Below, one piece after another: positions 1 to 12,327 of a stretch of DNA of 47,743 bases. The notes under the pieces are model-generated. The model was given only the letters and a program-made list of their open reading frames with translations, did not search any database and was not told the origin of the DNA. The DNA is from Methanobacterium sp. (lineage in GTDB: Archaea; Methanobacteriota; Methanobacteria; Methanobacteriales; Methanobacteriaceae). The DNA is taken from the NCBI GenBank assembly GCA_028700095.1, contig JAQVTJ010000001.1:1-47743 (forward strand), written 5' to 3'. The position numbers and the translations under genes were made by a program. Position 1 is the first letter of the stretch, and each line of letters opens with the position of its first letter.

Positions 1-1352
1 TCCTATCAACTAAGAAATGTGAAGGCATTGGAAAGTGCATTGAAGAATGTCCAACACAAGCAATAAGAATTATAGAGGGTAAGGCATTCAGCTGCATAAC
101 TTGTGGTGCATGTGCAGATGCTTGTCCTAACAATTCCATATTAAAGAATAAATATGGAGGCTTTGTAGTCGACAGGGCCAAATGTAATGCATGTGGTGTT
201 TGTGAGATGACATGCCCAGTTAATAATATCAAAATTGAAGAAGGTATTGTAAAAGGTATATGTGCAAGATGCGGTATATGTGTTGAAGCATGTCCAATAA
301 ATGCTAGGGCTGATGCACAGGATGTTATTGAGGATAGACAACTTAAATTCCTCGAATCTCTTCATTTAACTATTCAACCAGGTACAAGAGCAGAGAAAAA
401 GGAAGAAAAAGTTAAAAAAATGAATATATGTACAGTTCCTGATAACTGCACTCTTTGTGGAAGATGTGAATATTATTGTCCAACAGGTGCATTAATAGTT
501 GACAATAATTTAGAATGTGAATGTACAGATTGTAGAGTTTGTGAAGATATCTGTCCTGTAGGTGCAATAAAAGATAGAATTATAGATGAAAAAAAATGTA
601 CCCTATGCCTTAAATGTGTTACAGAATGTCCTAACAAAGCAATGTATATTGAAGATTTTAAGATTAAAATAAAAGAACCAAAAGATGAGATTAAAGGATC
701 AATTGTCTCATGTCTTAATTGTGGACTCTGTGCAGAGGCTTGTACACATGGAGCACTTCGTATAATAGATGGTAAACTACGATATGATCCAACATTATGT
801 GAAGGATGTGATACAAGGGAATGTCTGGATATTTGTCCAGTAGGTACTCTTAGACTATCTGATGATCCTAATCCTCGTATAAAAGGTTTCTGTGTTTCAT
901 GTGGTAAATGTGTTCAATCATGTGATGTTAATAAAGCAAGAATTTTAAAAACAGTTGAATGGGATGGGAATGTTACAGAAGACTGTATATCCTGTGGTAT
1001 ATGTTCAGAAATCTGTCCGAAAGGCGCAATAACTCTTAGAAGAGGTTCAATCGATGTGGATCTTGAAAAATGTGTTCTCTGTGAAAAATGTGGAATACAT
1101 TGTCCAAAAAATGCCATACCAAGAACAGCAACAATTAAAAAATCTATAAAAGAAGGTTTTAGCTTTGTACAGGATAAACTATGTATGAACTGTAAACTTT
1201 GTACTAAACTTTGTCCTGAAGAAGCAATTAAAGAAGATTCAGAAGGTAAAATTGTGATAGATGATCCAAGCTGTATATATTGTGGAGCTTGTTCAAATGC
1301 ATGTCCTGCCAAAGCAATAATACTTGAAAGAGAATTCGAGGTAACAGAATGA
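1..1352 (+). CDS. ehbK: Ehb hydrogenase polyferredoxin subunit K (5' partial; frame open from window start)
   Basis: The frame of ORF 207 is open back to nt 3 ([17 protein letters not shown]...); many CxxCxxCxxxCP motifs; directly precedes ehbL-M-N-O-P. Confidence 0.88.
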   Translation, partial: LSTKKCEGIGKCIEECPTQAIRIIEGKAFSCITCGACADACPNNSILKNKYGGFVVDRAKCNACGVCEMTCPVNNIKIEEGIVKGICARCGICVEACPINARADAQDVIEDRQLKFLESLHLTIQPGTRAEKKEEKVKKMNICTVPDNCTLCGRCEYYCPTGALIVDNNLECECTDCRVCEDICPVGAIKDRIIDEKKCTLCLKCVTECPNKAMYIEDFKIKIKEPKDEIKGSIVSCLNCGLCAEACTHGALRIIDGKLRYDPTLCEGCDTRECLDICPVGTLRLSDDPNPRIKGFCVSCGKCVQSCDVNKARILKTVEWDGNVTEDCISCGICSEICPKGAITLRRGSIDVDLEKCVLCEKCGIHCPKNAIPRTATIKKSIKEGFSFVQDKLCMNCKLCTKLCPEEAIKEDSEGKIVIDDPSCIYCGACSNACPAKAIILEREFEVTE

Positions 1353-1834
1353 AAGATTTAATCAGAATATTCCTGGAGGGTATAATAACTAATACTAAGA
1401 GAATCCTCTTTAAATCAGACAGGGTCACTGATATGGAACTTCGAAACAAAATTCTTGAAGGAAAAATAGTTCCAACAGAGAAGGTTGCAGAGGTTTCATG
1501 TATAGGTTGTGGTGGATGTGCCAATGTATGTCCAACTAATGCAATAGAAATGGTTGAACTTCCAGAGCCAATAAAACTTATGGAAGGATTAGTAAAAGAT
1601 AAAATACCGGTATTGGACAGTATAAAATGTGTTAACTGTTATTATTGCCATGATTTCTGCCCATTATATGCACTTTTCGGAGAAGCAGGAACCATACATC
1701 CAAATGATGTTGGAATTATTGAATTAGAAATATCTAAACTATTAGATGAACCAGTTAAGATTTCAGAGGATAAACTTGCTTTTATATCCCAATATCTTTC
1801 AGATTCAACCATACTTAAAAAGAGGAAGGAATAG
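1349..1834 (+). CDS. ehbL: Ehb hydrogenase 2[4Fe-4S] subunit L (NuoI-like)
   Basis: [12 protein letters not shown] and [12 protein letters not shown] motifs; ATGA overlap with ehbK. Confidence 0.88.
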   Translation: MKDLIRIFLEGIITNTKRILFKSDRVTDMELRNKILEGKIVPTEKVAEVSCIGCGGCANVCPTNAIEMVELPEPIKLMEGLVKDKIPVLDSIKCVNCYYCHDFCPLYALFGEAGTIHPNDVGIIELEISKLLDEPVKISEDKLAFISQYLSDSTILKKRKE

Positions 1835-1908
1835 AAATATTCCAATTTCAGATATTAAAAAAAAATGGATTATAAAATATATTACCATAACCTTTAAAGA
1901 GGAATGAT

Positions 1909-2355
1909 ATGAGCTTAAAATCATATTCACGGGCAAGAGCCGTTCATGTAATGCTTGTTTATACTGGAGGATGCAATGGCTGCGATATAGAGATTGTAAA
2001 TTGTATTTTCTCACCTAAGTACGATGCAGAACAATATAAGGTCTTTTTAACATGGAATCCTAGGGAAGCTGATGTACTTGTTGTCACAGGTCCTGTTACA
2101 AAACATAATGAAAAACCATTAATAGAAATATATAATGCAATCCCTGAACCTAAAGCTGTTATTGCTGCAGGTGCATGTGCTCTAATGGGGGGAGTTTATA
2201 AAAATATACATGGAGATATACCATCAGAAGAGATAATGGGTCCAGTAGAGAATATAATCCCAGTAGATGCCAAGATTCCAGGTTGTGCAGTAAGACCAGA
2301 AGATGTGTTATCTGGTGTTGTAGCAGCATTACCATTATTATTAGATGCAAAATAA
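1909..2355 (+). CDS. ehbM: Ehb [NiFe]-hydrogenase small subunit M
   Basis: [24 protein letters not shown] and IPGC motifs of group 4 small subunits. Confidence 0.92.
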   Translation: MSLKSYSRARAVHVMLVYTGGCNGCDIEIVNCIFSPKYDAEQYKVFLTWNPREADVLVVTGPVTKHNEKPLIEIYNAIPEPKAVIAAGACALMGGVYKNIHGDIPSEEIMGPVENIIPVDAKIPGCAVRPEDVLSGVVAALPLLLDAK

Positions 2356-2410
2356 TACAAACAATTTATAAAATAAATTTTATTAATATATATATTAAAA
2401 GGTGGATTTA

Positions 2411-3544
2411 ATGGAAGAAGATAACAAGATAACCGATAAAAAGGTCATCGAAACAGAAGTTACTATGGGAACAGTACATTCTGCAGCAATAGAACCTTAC
2501 AGGGTTAGATTATTTGTTGAAGACGAAATTGTAAGGGATGCTGAAATTACAGTTGGAATTAACCACAGAGGTATTGAAAGAATAATGGAAGGATTGCCTG
2601 TTGAAAAGGCAAATAGTCTTACAGAAAAAATATGTGGTATATGTTCCAACAGCCATATATGGAATTCTTGTTTAGTTGCTGAGAAAGCAATTGGAATAGA
2701 AGTACCAGAAAGAGCCCAATATATAAGGGTTATAATGGAAGAATTAGAACGTCTACATAGTCATATGCTTTATTTAGCCCATGGAAATGAAGTTCTTGGA
2801 CATGAAACATTTGCAATGAGATTATTCTATATCCGAGAAACAGTAATGGAACTTTTAAGGATTATCGGAGGTAATAGGGTACAATATGGTGTTTCTATTA
2901 TTGGAGGTATTAGACCACGCTGTGAACTTGATGAAATGAGAATACAAAAAATTAGAGAAGGATTAAACTTAATAGAAGAGAAAATAACAGAATTTGCAGA
3001 TAGATTTGTTTCTGATCCCATGATAATGTCACGTATAACTGGAGTGGGCGTTTTAACACAGAAACAAGCAATAAAACTAGGTGCAACCGGCCCAACTTTA
3101 AGATCTACAGGTGTGGGAATAGATTTACGAAGTGAAATGGAATCATATGCACCATTTGACTTTGATATTATCACCCAGAATGATGGTGATGTTAAATCAA
3201 ATCTTTTAGTTAGGGTTCTTGAAATTCCTGAAGCTATAAAAATTATTAGACAAGCATTAGATAATCTTCCAGAAGGTAAAATAACTAATAGAAGTTGGGA
3301 AATGGTAGATGCACCAATAACCAAAAGTTATATTGAAGTTCCAAGGGGAACATTATATCATTCTTATGCTCTTGAAGATGGTAGAGTAAGAAATTCTATT
3401 ATTAGAACACCATCAATAGCAAACATAGGTGCAATGCAATATGCAACAATTGGACATCATATAACAGATGCACAGCTTGCAATAGTACAGTGCGATCCTT
3501 GTTTCACCTGCACAGATCGTGCAATCCAAATAATCAAAATATAA
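2411..3544 (+). CDS. ehbN: Ehb [NiFe]-hydrogenase large subunit N
   Basis: N-terminal KICGIC and C-terminal DPCFTC Ni-binding motifs; SD AGGTGG before ATG 2411 (alternative GTG 2402). Confidence 0.93.
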   Translation: MEEDNKITDKKVIETEVTMGTVHSAAIEPYRVRLFVEDEIVRDAEITVGINHRGIERIMEGLPVEKANSLTEKICGICSNSHIWNSCLVAEKAIGIEVPERAQYIRVIMEELERLHSHMLYLAHGNEVLGHETFAMRLFYIRETVMELLRIIGGNRVQYGVSIIGGIRPRCELDEMRIQKIREGLNLIEEKITEFADRFVSDPMIMSRITGVGVLTQKQAIKLGATGPTLRSTGVGIDLRSEMESYAPFDFDIITQNDGDVKSNLLVRVLEIPEAIKIIRQALDNLPEGKITNRSWEMVDAPITKSYIEVPRGTLYHSYALEDGRVRNSIIRTPSIANIGAMQYATIGHHITDAQLAIVQCDPCFTCTDRAIQIIKI

Positions 3545-3558
3545 AAAAAAAGGAGATC

Positions 3559-4551
3559 ATGATGACAGTAATAAATTCCATAATCACAGTAATTGGAACA
3601 TTAATAGTTGCATTACTAGTAAGTATATGGCTTCCTGGGATTGAGAGAAAATTTATACATGCAAGAATACAGCAAAGAGTAGGTCCTCCAATATCCAGTG
3701 TAGGTATAATGGCACCAATCAAATTTTTCTTCAAACAAACAATAATACCCAATTCTCCAATGCCTAGATTATTCAATACCCTTCCCATAATAAGTTTATT
3801 ATCAATTATAGCTATATTTCTGATAATAATGCCACAACTCTATATATACACTGTACTTACAAGTATAATAGCTGTTGTGGGCCTTTTAAAGGTGGAAGAG
3901 GTTATCTATGTATTTATGGGATCACTTTCGAAATCTGTTATGTCCCTTAAAATGCCATTTCCAGATATTGTTAAAGGTGCAAAACATTATAATATCCAAA
4001 GATCTTTTTTAGAGGAACTAAGTTCACTTAGAGCATTTAGATTAATAGCTTTCGGATCTTTCCCTTTATATATAGCACTTTTTGTTCCTGTTGTAATGTC
4101 TAAAAGCATCTATATAGAGGGTATTGTATTATACCAACAGATAAACGGACCTATACTTTTCACATTAGCAGGAGTTTTGGGAGCAATAGTCTTTTTCATA
4201 GGATATATGATACTTTTAAATGAATATCCATTTGCAATTCTAAAAACAAAGGCAGATGTTATTGAAGGTCCTTTAATGGAATATGCTGCTAAATATAGGG
4301 CATATTTATATGTTACAAGAGGATTTCTGATGTTTGTATTAGCTAGTGTTTTCACAACATTATTCCTTGGAATTCCACCGAATTTATTCAGCTGGAACAT
4401 ATTTATAACAATAGCAGTAGCATTAATATTCCCAATTTTAATGGCAATTATGAGTGCATTCTCTCCTATATTTACATATAAACAGTTTTATCCAACAGTT
4501 GCAGGTTTTTCAATTATTGGGATATTGGCAATAATTTTCACATTCATTTAA
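3559..4551 (+). CDS. ehbO: Ehb membrane subunit O (NuoH-like)
   Basis: Multi-pass hydrophobic protein with [15 protein letters not shown] motif; AGGAG SD before ATG 3559. Confidence 0.9.
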   Translation: MMTVINSIITVIGTLIVALLVSIWLPGIERKFIHARIQQRVGPPISSVGIMAPIKFFFKQTIIPNSPMPRLFNTLPIISLLSIIAIFLIIMPQLYIYTVLTSIIAVVGLLKVEEVIYVFMGSLSKSVMSLKMPFPDIVKGAKHYNIQRSFLEELSSLRAFRLIAFGSFPLYIALFVPVVMSKSIYIEGIVLYQQINGPILFTLAGVLGAIVFFIGYMILLNEYPFAILKTKADVIEGPLMEYAAKYRAYLYVTRGFLMFVLASVFTTLFLGIPPNLFSWNIFITIAVALIFPILMAIMSAFSPIFTYKQFYPTVAGFSIIGILAIIFTFI

Positions 4552-4625
4552 ACTAGTTGGAATATATCCGAATAAAAACATAGTATAACAAATAAAACTA
4601 ACTAAAAAACCACAGGTGATGGTAA

Positions 4626-4901
4626 ATGAAGTTCGTTGTAAGACCCATGCATATAATAAGTGTTGGAGGATACATAGTTGAAACACAGTTCCCATTTAGG
4701 AACTTAATAGTGGTTAATCCAACAGAAGAACCAATAAAAATTGATATACCTATTTTTACCGAAGATTGGATTGAAGAACATCGTCAGTTGGGTCTTGAAA
4801 TAACACCATTAACAGAAAAAGAAAGTTTTCTAAGCAATTTCAGAAAGGCTAAGATCAAATTGGATAAACTTAAAAAAGAAAAATTAACTGAAATTAATTA
4901 G
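4626..4901 (+). CDS. ehbP: Ehb subunit P
   Basis: [20 protein letters not shown]...[10 protein letters not shown] resembles the EhbP family; position after ehbO. Confidence 0.85.
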   Translation: MKFVVRPMHIISVGGYIVETQFPFRNLIVVNPTEEPIKIDIPIFTEDWIEEHRQLGLEITPLTEKESFLSNFRKAKIKLDKLKKEKLTEIN

Positions 4902-4982
4902 AAAATTAAATTATACACATACTATAAACAGACCCAACTTTTTTTTTGTTTATAATAAATTTATTTTATATAATCACAATAT

Positions 4983-6266
4983 CTATTGTGATAACGTGTT
5001 AGAAACCCTCATGGCCAGTGCAGATGTAAGCATTATGGTTGGAAGTCCCTGTGAATAGGGTACAAGAGAAAGATCCGCAACCCAAAGACCTTCAGGTAAA
5101 CCTGATGGTTTCATTGATGAAATATCCTCTTTTTTAAGATGAACAGTCCCTCCAAGATGCCCTCCATTATACATTCCTTTTATAAATGGTCCTGAAACTC
5201 CAGATGCTTCTAGTATTGTTTTAGCTTTTGAAATTGCTGTATTCATTGTTAATTTATCGTTATCGGTTATTGTTTTTTGTATGGATCCATCATAAGATAT
5301 GGTTCCTTTCTCTGTGTCTGCAATTTTAATCATAATCCCAACTCTATCATTTATTGAAACATTTCTCCAGGGTTTATGGAAAAAATGGGATAATATATCC
5401 AGATAAGGAGATAATATATAATTTTCATGTTTGCTAAACCATGTCATTGGAGGTTCTTTAAGCTGTTTTGCTCCTTTAGAAATTCCTCCAACTGTAAGTA
5501 CTATGTCAGCCCATAATTTGTCCTGTATTTTAAATCCTGATCTTTTTAATATTTGGGCTGTGCCCACACATCCTGCAGCAAGAATCACAGCATCTGCTTT
5601 AACTATTTTTGTTGAAGATCCAGATCTAATTAAAACCCCTGTAACATGTCCTTTTTCAATTAATAATTTATCAACAGGAGAAGATGTATGTATAACAGCA
5701 CCCATTTTAATTGCTTCATTTAAAAATTGGTTAGAATCCCAGCGAGCACCAGTTAAACATCCCATTTCACACAAACCACATGAATTACATTTATCTAATT
5801 TCACAGCTTTTGGTGTGGCTTTAGGATTAAATCCAAGATTTTCCGCGGTTTGATACATTTTATAGGTTAATGGTCTCCACCTTTTCATTGGAATAGCTTT
5901 GATATTTAACTTTTTTTCAAGTTCTTCAAATTCAGGACTAAGATCAAGTCCTAACTTTTTAAACCCATGCTCAGTTCTTACCATATTTACACATGATATT
6001 GTAGTTGAACCACCAAGGTTTATACCTCTTACAAGCACTAAATCCCTTGCGGATCTTATTATATTCATATGTGGAAATATTCTGTTTATATTACTTTCAC
6101 CACCAAGAAGACCCATCATCTTTAATGGTTCAACTAATGTTAAATATCTTGTAAAAGGTTTAAAAGGTTTTCCTGCTTCTAATATTGTTATATCATAACC
6201 TTTTGAAGCTAATACAAGTGCAGCTGTCCCGCCTCCTGCACCAGAACCCACAATTATTATTTTCAT
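4983..6266 (-). CDS. FAD-dependent GMC-family oxidoreductase with CxxCxxCxxxC motif
   Basis: IIVGSGAGG dinucleotide fold, LGGSTTI, VILAAG, C-terminal GHLGGT...LWVADLS...PT; [11 protein letters not shown]. Confidence 0.85.
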   Translation of the reverse strand: MKIIIVGSGAGGGTAALVLASKGYDITILEAGKPFKPFTRYLTLVEPLKMMGLLGGESNINRIFPHMNIIRSARDLVLVRGINLGGSTTISCVNMVRTEHGFKKLGLDLSPEFEELEKKLNIKAIPMKRWRPLTYKMYQTAENLGFNPKATPKAVKLDKCNSCGLCEMGCLTGARWDSNQFLNEAIKMGAVIHTSSPVDKLLIEKGHVTGVLIRSGSSTKIVKADAVILAAGCVGTAQILKRSGFKIQDKLWADIVLTVGGISKGAKQLKEPPMTWFSKHENYILSPYLDILSHFFHKPWRNVSINDRVGIMIKIADTEKGTISYDGSIQKTITDNDKLTMNTAISKAKTILEASGVSGPFIKGMYNGGHLGGTVHLKKEDISSMKPSGLPEGLWVADLSLVPYSQGLPTIMLTSALAMRVSNTLSQ

Positions 6267-6284
6267 ATTTTTTTTATACCACTT

Positions 6285-6875
6285 TTAATATTCAATATTT
6301 ATACAAGCTTCACAATTTTTTGATCCATCAGTGATTCTTTTAAGAAATTTCATATCCATTTTATTATTTAAACCCTTTAAAACACCTTCATCTGCAGCAC
6401 TCATTATTTCACATGTTTGGGAAGTGTAATGATTGGCAAGTGCACAGGATTTAACCTTAAGCATTAATTGTTTTTCTTCTTTTTTTATAGTAAATTTTAC
6501 TCCCAATACTTTGTATAGTATATGTGCTGTTGCAATTGTTTCGTTTATATTATTATCTATATTTAGACGTTTTTTTGTTTCACATCCTAATATATAGCCT
6601 GCTTTGAACATTTCTGTTCTGCCTATTTTTAAAGCTTTTTTAAAACCTAATGTTTCTATTAATATGTTTACATGGAGATTATGGTTTGCTGCCATAATTG
6701 CTCTGCGTTCTTCAAGTTTTCCTTTAGAGGGGTTTTCTATAGAATATGGTGAAATGGAATATTTATCCATAAGTATATTAAAATGGGTGTTTGTTAAATT
6801 AGATAATCTTTCTAATTCATTAATTAGAATAGAATCTGGTGTCCAATATGAAAGAAATTTTAGTTTAATATTCAT
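6285..6875 (-). CDS. Hypothetical protein, L-2-amino-thiazoline-4-carboxylate hydrolase-like / V4R-like fold
   Basis: Helical N-terminus then Cys pattern VKSCAL...TCEIMSAADEG...ITDGSKNC; ATG 6875 lies 2 nt after the upstream stop. Confidence 0.6.
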   Translation of the reverse strand: MNIKLKFLSYWTPDSILINELERLSNLTNTHFNILMDKYSISPYSIENPSKGKLEERRAIMAANHNLHVNILIETLGFKKALKIGRTEMFKAGYILGCETKKRLNIDNNINETIATAHILYKVLGVKFTIKKEEKQLMLKVKSCALANHYTSQTCEIMSAADEGVLKGLNNKMDMKFLKRITDGSKNCEACINIEY

Positions 6876-6877
6876 TT

Positions 6878-9729
6878 TTATTGGCCTTCCCATCCTAAGT
6901 AAAGTATTTTATTTTGTTTTAATTCTTTTGTTAGTTTTTCAATAAATTTATCATCATAAATATTATTTAAAAGATTTTTGTGACGTTTTAAAATATTTTC
7001 TCTTTTTAATTTTAAGTTAGCAGTTAGATCACCATTTTCTATTGTGAGATCATTTCTAAGTATTAGCCAACGTTTTATTTTCTCAGGATTTGAGAGTTTT
7101 GAATTCATATCTTCCATTTCCATAACTATTTTTTCATAGTTAATTGTTTTATCAACCCATATTAGGGCGGTACAATAAGGTTTTTCATCTCCAACTACCA
7201 TAACTTCAGATATTCCTGGAATATGTTTTATTAGACCTTCAATTTTAAGGGAACTTATATTTTTTCCATAGGAATTAACTATTAATTCTTTTTTTCTTCC
7301 AATAATAACTAAACTGCCTTCCTCTGTTAAATATCCGTAATCTCCTGTGTAAAACCAGCCATTTTGTAGTGATAAGTTTTTATGGTTATTATTGAAGTAG
7401 CCTGAGGTGACTTGAGGGCCTTGTACAAGCACTTCTCCATCTTTATTTATTTTAATATTTGTATGTGGTAGAGGCTCTCCAAATGTACCTATCCTATTTG
7501 ATCCTAATTTATTGATGGTTAAAAGAGGTGCTTCTGTTAAACCATAAGCATTATAGATTTGAATATCTAAGTCATTAAAACTATATAATAACCCAGTACT
7601 TATAGGGGCAGAACCCACTATTAACTGGGTGCAAATATCAAGACCTATCTTTTTAAGGATGGTTCTTTTTAATATTTTACGTAGTATACCTTTTAACATA
7701 CCTTCATTGATATTTAGATATCTCCAATACTACTTTCCAAGATTTTTGTCCAAATCTTTTCATAGAATCTGGGCACTGAGAAAAATATTGTTGGTTTAAC
7801 TTGTGGTAAGCTCGTCTCAAGATCTTTAAAATTTTCTAAAAAATACAGATACAATGGAGCCGGAGCATAATATGGTGAATATGTACCTAAAATACCTTCA
7901 ACCACGTGATTCATAGGTAAAAATGAAAGATATGAAATTTTCTTATTTCTATCAGCCCATGGTGGCATGGAAGATATATATTCTGCCATCCATCTTAAAT
8001 TGCCATGGGTGAATGAAACACCTAGAGGTTTTCCAGTTGTTCCTGATGTATATCTTATAGTTGCAATATCATCAAAATTAACAGGTGCAAATATATTATT
8101 AGATTTCTTTGCATTTTTGTTTCCTATAAATTCTTTCCATGATAAAATATTAGATGGAATTTTAATATTCTCATTACAGAAGGATATAATATAATTTCCT
8201 AATTTCATATCATTTAAAGAAGTTAATAAATTTGGAGCGCCAATAAATATTATTTTCGCACCACAATCCTTTATTATTTCATTAATTTCATTTACTGGAC
8301 TTGTATAATATATTGGAACATTTACAGCACCTACTAATCCAATAGAAATATCTAATATAAGATATCGGGTGGAATTAAATCCTATGACTGCAATTTTATC
8401 ACCGGGATTGATTCCAAGATTTTTAAGAGATCTTACTCCTTTTAAAATATCATTTATAATATCGGATTTTTTTCTTTTAAGAAATTGCCCCTCTACAATA
8501 TCATAATATTGTACAGGTCTACTTTTACTTTTTAACCTAAATAAGACTTGTTCATGAACTGTGCGTTGTGACCTATGAAAAAAACCATTATAAATCGCAT
8601 AATCAAGTATTATATGCATAAATTTCTTCAATTGTAGTGTGTAGGATCCGAGAAATTTCTGTGTATTATCTCTTGAAAATTTTCTATCTTCATTCATATA
8701 AGGTGCAAGTTCAACTATGGTTTTACCTAGACCCTCAGAATTTTGGCCTAGATACTTTAATATAGTTACAATTTTAGGGTTTAAAAGAGAAATAGGCAGA
8801 AAAAAGGGTTTGGAAAGCTTTATATTCATATTAGTTAGGGTCCAATCTTGAATATAATATAAAAAATCTTCTATTGTAGGAAGAGAACTGTAAGGAGCTG
8901 TAAGATGGAATGTTTTATTTTCTGTGTTTTTATCAAATGTTAATTTCACAACAGATTCAGCAACATAATCCACTGGAACAATATTAAGTTTAGAATCCTT
9001 AGAAACAGGTAATAAATGTAATTGGTTATTTAGATAGAGACGTATAAGAACATAAATAGTATTAAAAGTTTTAATATAACCTGTTTTAGAATCACCAATA
9101 ATCATTCCAGGTCGAAATATTGATACGGGTAGATTAGAATTTCTTACCTTTAATTCTCCTTCATATTTACTTCTTTCATAGTTACTTAAAAATCCATATT
9201 CATCTGTAAGAATATCTTCAAATATAATATCCTTTTGACCACCTGCAACATAAGCTTTGGATAAATAAGAGAATCGTTTAATGTCATGGTTTTTATTAAT
9301 ATCCTCTGCAAATTTAAGTAAATTCAAAGTTCCTTGTACATTAACTTTTCTAAGATCATCTAATGGCATATTTAATCGTATATCTGCTGCAGCGTGGATT
9401 ATATGGGTTATATTATTTAGTAAAAAATTATATTCATAAGAATTTAATCCAAGGTTTTCTTTTGTAATATTTCCATTAACTAAATATATTTTATTTTCAT
9501 CTATATTATCATCATTAACTTTTTTTATTCCCTTAATCTCTTCTATTAACTCTGGAAATTCCCACCATACCCTGGTTAGATGTTTGTAGGCATCATCATA
9601 ATTTTTTCCCCTAACTAAAACTACTATATTAACATTATATTTTTTTATTAATTGCTGAGCAATTTGTGTGCCTAAAAAACCAGTTGCTCCAGTTAAAAAA
9701 ATAATATCCTTCAAATTCCCACATTCCAT
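6878..9729 (-). CDS. Fatty-acyl/thioester reductase (extended SDR) fused to acyl-CoA-synthetase-like AMP-binding domain; apparent 1-nt frameshift at ~7723
   Basis: TGATGFLG, IIHAAA, YERSK; YTSGTTGKP, FLPMNHV, YGLTE, TGD, GRKKELI, LTANLKLKR. Adding one A (GGAGA to GGAAGA) joins the two ORFs as ...SSIGRYLNINEGMLKG... Confidence 0.85.
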
Positions 9730-11078
9730 CCATTTTTCTCTAAAAATTCCTTAAGTAGAACATGATTTTTCTTTGATTTCTTTAAATGTTCAATAAAACC
9801 TTTATTTATTTTATTATGATTATTTATTGGATTTTTAAAAAGATTATCAACACAGTTACTTAAATGATTCCAGATATCTTTATTTTCTTTGTAAATATAC
9901 TCTATAAAATATTCATCATACAATCCAAGATCTTTATATAATGTTTTAAGACGCAGGTCATGCCCAACTGCTATTTGGGGAATGCCTGCTTCAAGGGATA
10001 AAACAGCTGTATGGTACCTGGATGTTATAAGAAAATCAATATTTCTTAATATTGCTATAATATGGGATGCATTGAATTTTTTTGATGAAAATATCCTTAT
10101 ATTTTGTGGATATTTCATTTTATTTACAATATTTTCTGCCAATGCTTCATCAAGTTCTTCCATACATATAAATATTATTTCCTTTTGATATGTTTCAATT
10201 ATTCTATCTGCTTCAGCTGCCCATTTAAAAGCTAAATAATTAGTTGCCCTTATTCTTTTAGCTGATCTAGAAAAATAATATGGCCATTTATAAAGATTTT
10301 TCCTAGAACCCCAGGGTCTTATTATAACTGGCCATAGATTAAAGTCAACAATTGCTATTCCAACAATATCTGTTTTTTTGGAAGATTTTTCTTGTTTCCA
10401 AATTTTTTGTATTGTATTATATTCTTCAGATTGTGGTTGGAATATAAATGCACTATCTGCGGTATGTTTAATAGGGGCGGTTACACCTATTTTTTTTAAT
10501 TTTCCTGCTGCATAAGATGTTCGTGTAATTATAAGATCAGTTTTACTAGCTTCTCTTTTGACTAGGTATTTGTTTAAATATGATAAATCTCCTGTGTCCA
10601 CAGAATATGCTATGCATGGTATATTTAATGAATGTACACATCTTGTTGTCCATAAAAATGCCCAGAGAAGTGTTGATGTCCAGGTATCCATATAACAACT
10701 GCCTTCAACTAACAGAACAAGATCCTGGTCTTTGACAAGGGTTTTAATTGCAAAGAAAAAGATTGAAGGTACAGGCACTATAATTAATTTGGAATCTTCT
10801 TTAATATATCTGCGAAGGTTTTTTTCATTTAATGTAGGGATGGTAATTTGCACATCTGATCCTAAAACTTTTCTAATATCTTCAATTATTGATATAAGTC
10901 TTATTTCAGAGCCTGTGTTGTTTGCACCATTATAACCCATTAACATAACTTTATAAATAATTTTATTTTGAAACCCTCCATTTTTATAGGTGTTAAATTT
11001 TATTTGTGAATTTTCTTCCATGTTCTTATTTCCATCCTTATTTTTTTTGGAAGTAGTATTTTCCTTTGAAACATACAT
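9711..11078 (-). CDS. Polysaccharide pyruvyl transferase family protein (CsaB/WcaK-like)
   Basis: GYNGANNTG, DLIITR, TADSAF and ITSRYH...GIPQIAV motifs; true start may be downstream (e.g. ATG 11021). Confidence 0.8.
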   Translation of the reverse strand: MYVSKENTTSKKNKDGNKNMEENSQIKFNTYKNGGFQNKIIYKVMLMGYNGANNTGSEIRLISIIEDIRKVLGSDVQITIPTLNEKNLRRYIKEDSKLIIVPVPSIFFFAIKTLVKDQDLVLLVEGSCYMDTWTSTLLWAFLWTTRCVHSLNIPCIAYSVDTGDLSYLNKYLVKREASKTDLIITRTSYAAGKLKKIGVTAPIKHTADSAFIFQPQSEEYNTIQKIWKQEKSSKKTDIVGIAIVDFNLWPVIIRPWGSRKNLYKWPYYFSRSAKRIRATNYLAFKWAAEADRIIETYQKEIIFICMEELDEALAENIVNKMKYPQNIRIFSSKKFNASHIIAILRNIDFLITSRYHTAVLSLEAGIPQIAVGHDLRLKTLYKDLGLYDEYFIEYIYKENKDIWNHLSNCVDNLFKNPINNHNKINKGFIEHLKKSKKNHVLLKEFLEKNGWNVGI

Positions 11079-11350
11079 TTCTTATGAACATTGTTTTGGG
11101 TTATATTGTGTTTTTGGAAATTTATTTCAAACTAATATATATGGATATAGTATGAAATTTTGTTTATTTTATTATGATTTTTATGTTTCCAATTTTTTAT
11201 TTTTATACAAAGTTCATAAAATGAGTTTACAAAGTAAAAAAAAATATTATGTGTATTATACTCAAAATAGTAGTTAATAAAAATAATATTTAATTACAGT
11301 GAAGTTGGGCTTAAATATAAATATATAATTGATTAATAAAAAATATCATT

Positions 11351-12007
11351 ATGAAAGAGGTTGCCATAAACATCAAAGCCCAGAATAAACCAGGGGTATT
11401 GTATGATATAACTGATATGATAGTTAAATCTGGGATAAATATTTCGTATACTCATCTTTTCATAGAAAAAGATGGATGTGCATCTATTTATATGGAATTG
11501 GAAGATGTGGAGGATATACAAAGCCTTGTAAAGGATATAAATATCCATGAAAATGTTGATAATGTTAAAATTCACCGTTCTCTAAGTGAGATATATGGAA
11601 AAAGAATAATAATTATTGGTGGAGGTGCTCAGGTAGCACAAGTTGCACAAGGTGCAATAACTGAAGCAGACCGTCATAATATCAGAGGAGAAAGGATAAG
11701 TGTAGATACTATTCCATTAATTGGTGAATATGAACTTGCAGAAGCAGTTTCAGGTGTTGGACGGCTTTCAAGAGTTGGTGCTCTGGTTTTAGCTGGTTCA
11801 CTTATGGGTGGTAGAATAAGTACTTGTATTGAAAAAATAAAAACTGAACAAAATGTAATTGTTATAAGTCTTAATATGCCTGGGAGTGTAACTGAAAAAG
11901 CAGATCTTGTAATTACAGATCCTGTTCAAGCAGGTGTAATGGCTGTTATGGCTGTAGCTGAAACAGCAAGTTTTGATATAAAAAAATTAGGAAGAAAGAA
12001 ATTTTAA
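11351..12007 (+). CDS. ehbQ: ACT-domain / DUF5612 protein, probable EhbQ
   Basis: N-terminal ACT ([10 protein letters not shown]) plus [15 protein letters not shown]...ERISVDTIP domain; the ehbQ assignment is from recalled operon order. Confidence 0.65.
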   Translation: MKEVAINIKAQNKPGVLYDITDMIVKSGINISYTHLFIEKDGCASIYMELEDVEDIQSLVKDINIHENVDNVKIHRSLSEIYGKRIIIIGGGAQVAQVAQGAITEADRHNIRGERISVDTIPLIGEYELAEAVSGVGRLSRVGALVLAGSLMGGRISTCIEKIKTEQNVIVISLNMPGSVTEKADLVITDPVQAGVMAVMAVAETASFDIKKLGRKKF

Positions 12008-12327
12008 AACCCACAAAACATTTCTTTCCTTTTTTTTTTATACATGTGTTCCAATGTTTTAATAAGCCTTTCTGCTGCTATTTTTATTTCAGGATCCTCA
12101 ATTTTTTCACTTTTAGCTATTTTAAATGCCATTTCCAGTACTTTGGGAACATCGTCTGCTGAGATATTTTCTGTCATGTTAACATAGCTTTGTTTAGGAT
12201 CTTCTTCTGGTTCAAACTTTTTCTCAGCCATTGTATCTAGCATCATTCTACATTCTTTCATTAAACCTGGGTCATCCTTCATTGTTTCACATTTAACTCT
12301 AAATTCTTGGTTTTTTTTCTCATCCAT
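12004..12327 (-). CDS. Hypothetical small helical protein, paralog 1
   Basis: SD GAGGTG before ATG 12327; aligns by eye with 12497..12778. Confidence 0.75.
   Translation of the reverse strand: MDEKKNQEFRVKCETMKDDPGLMKECRMMLDTMAEKKFEPEEDPKQSYVNMTENISADDVPKVLEMAFKIAKSEKIEDPEIKIAAERLIKTLEHMYKKKRKEMFCGF

Noticed and set aside
7700-7730. Programmed frameshift in the reductase-adenylation gene
   Set aside because: No slippery heptamer; the break falls mid-domain and resembles the other single-base errors
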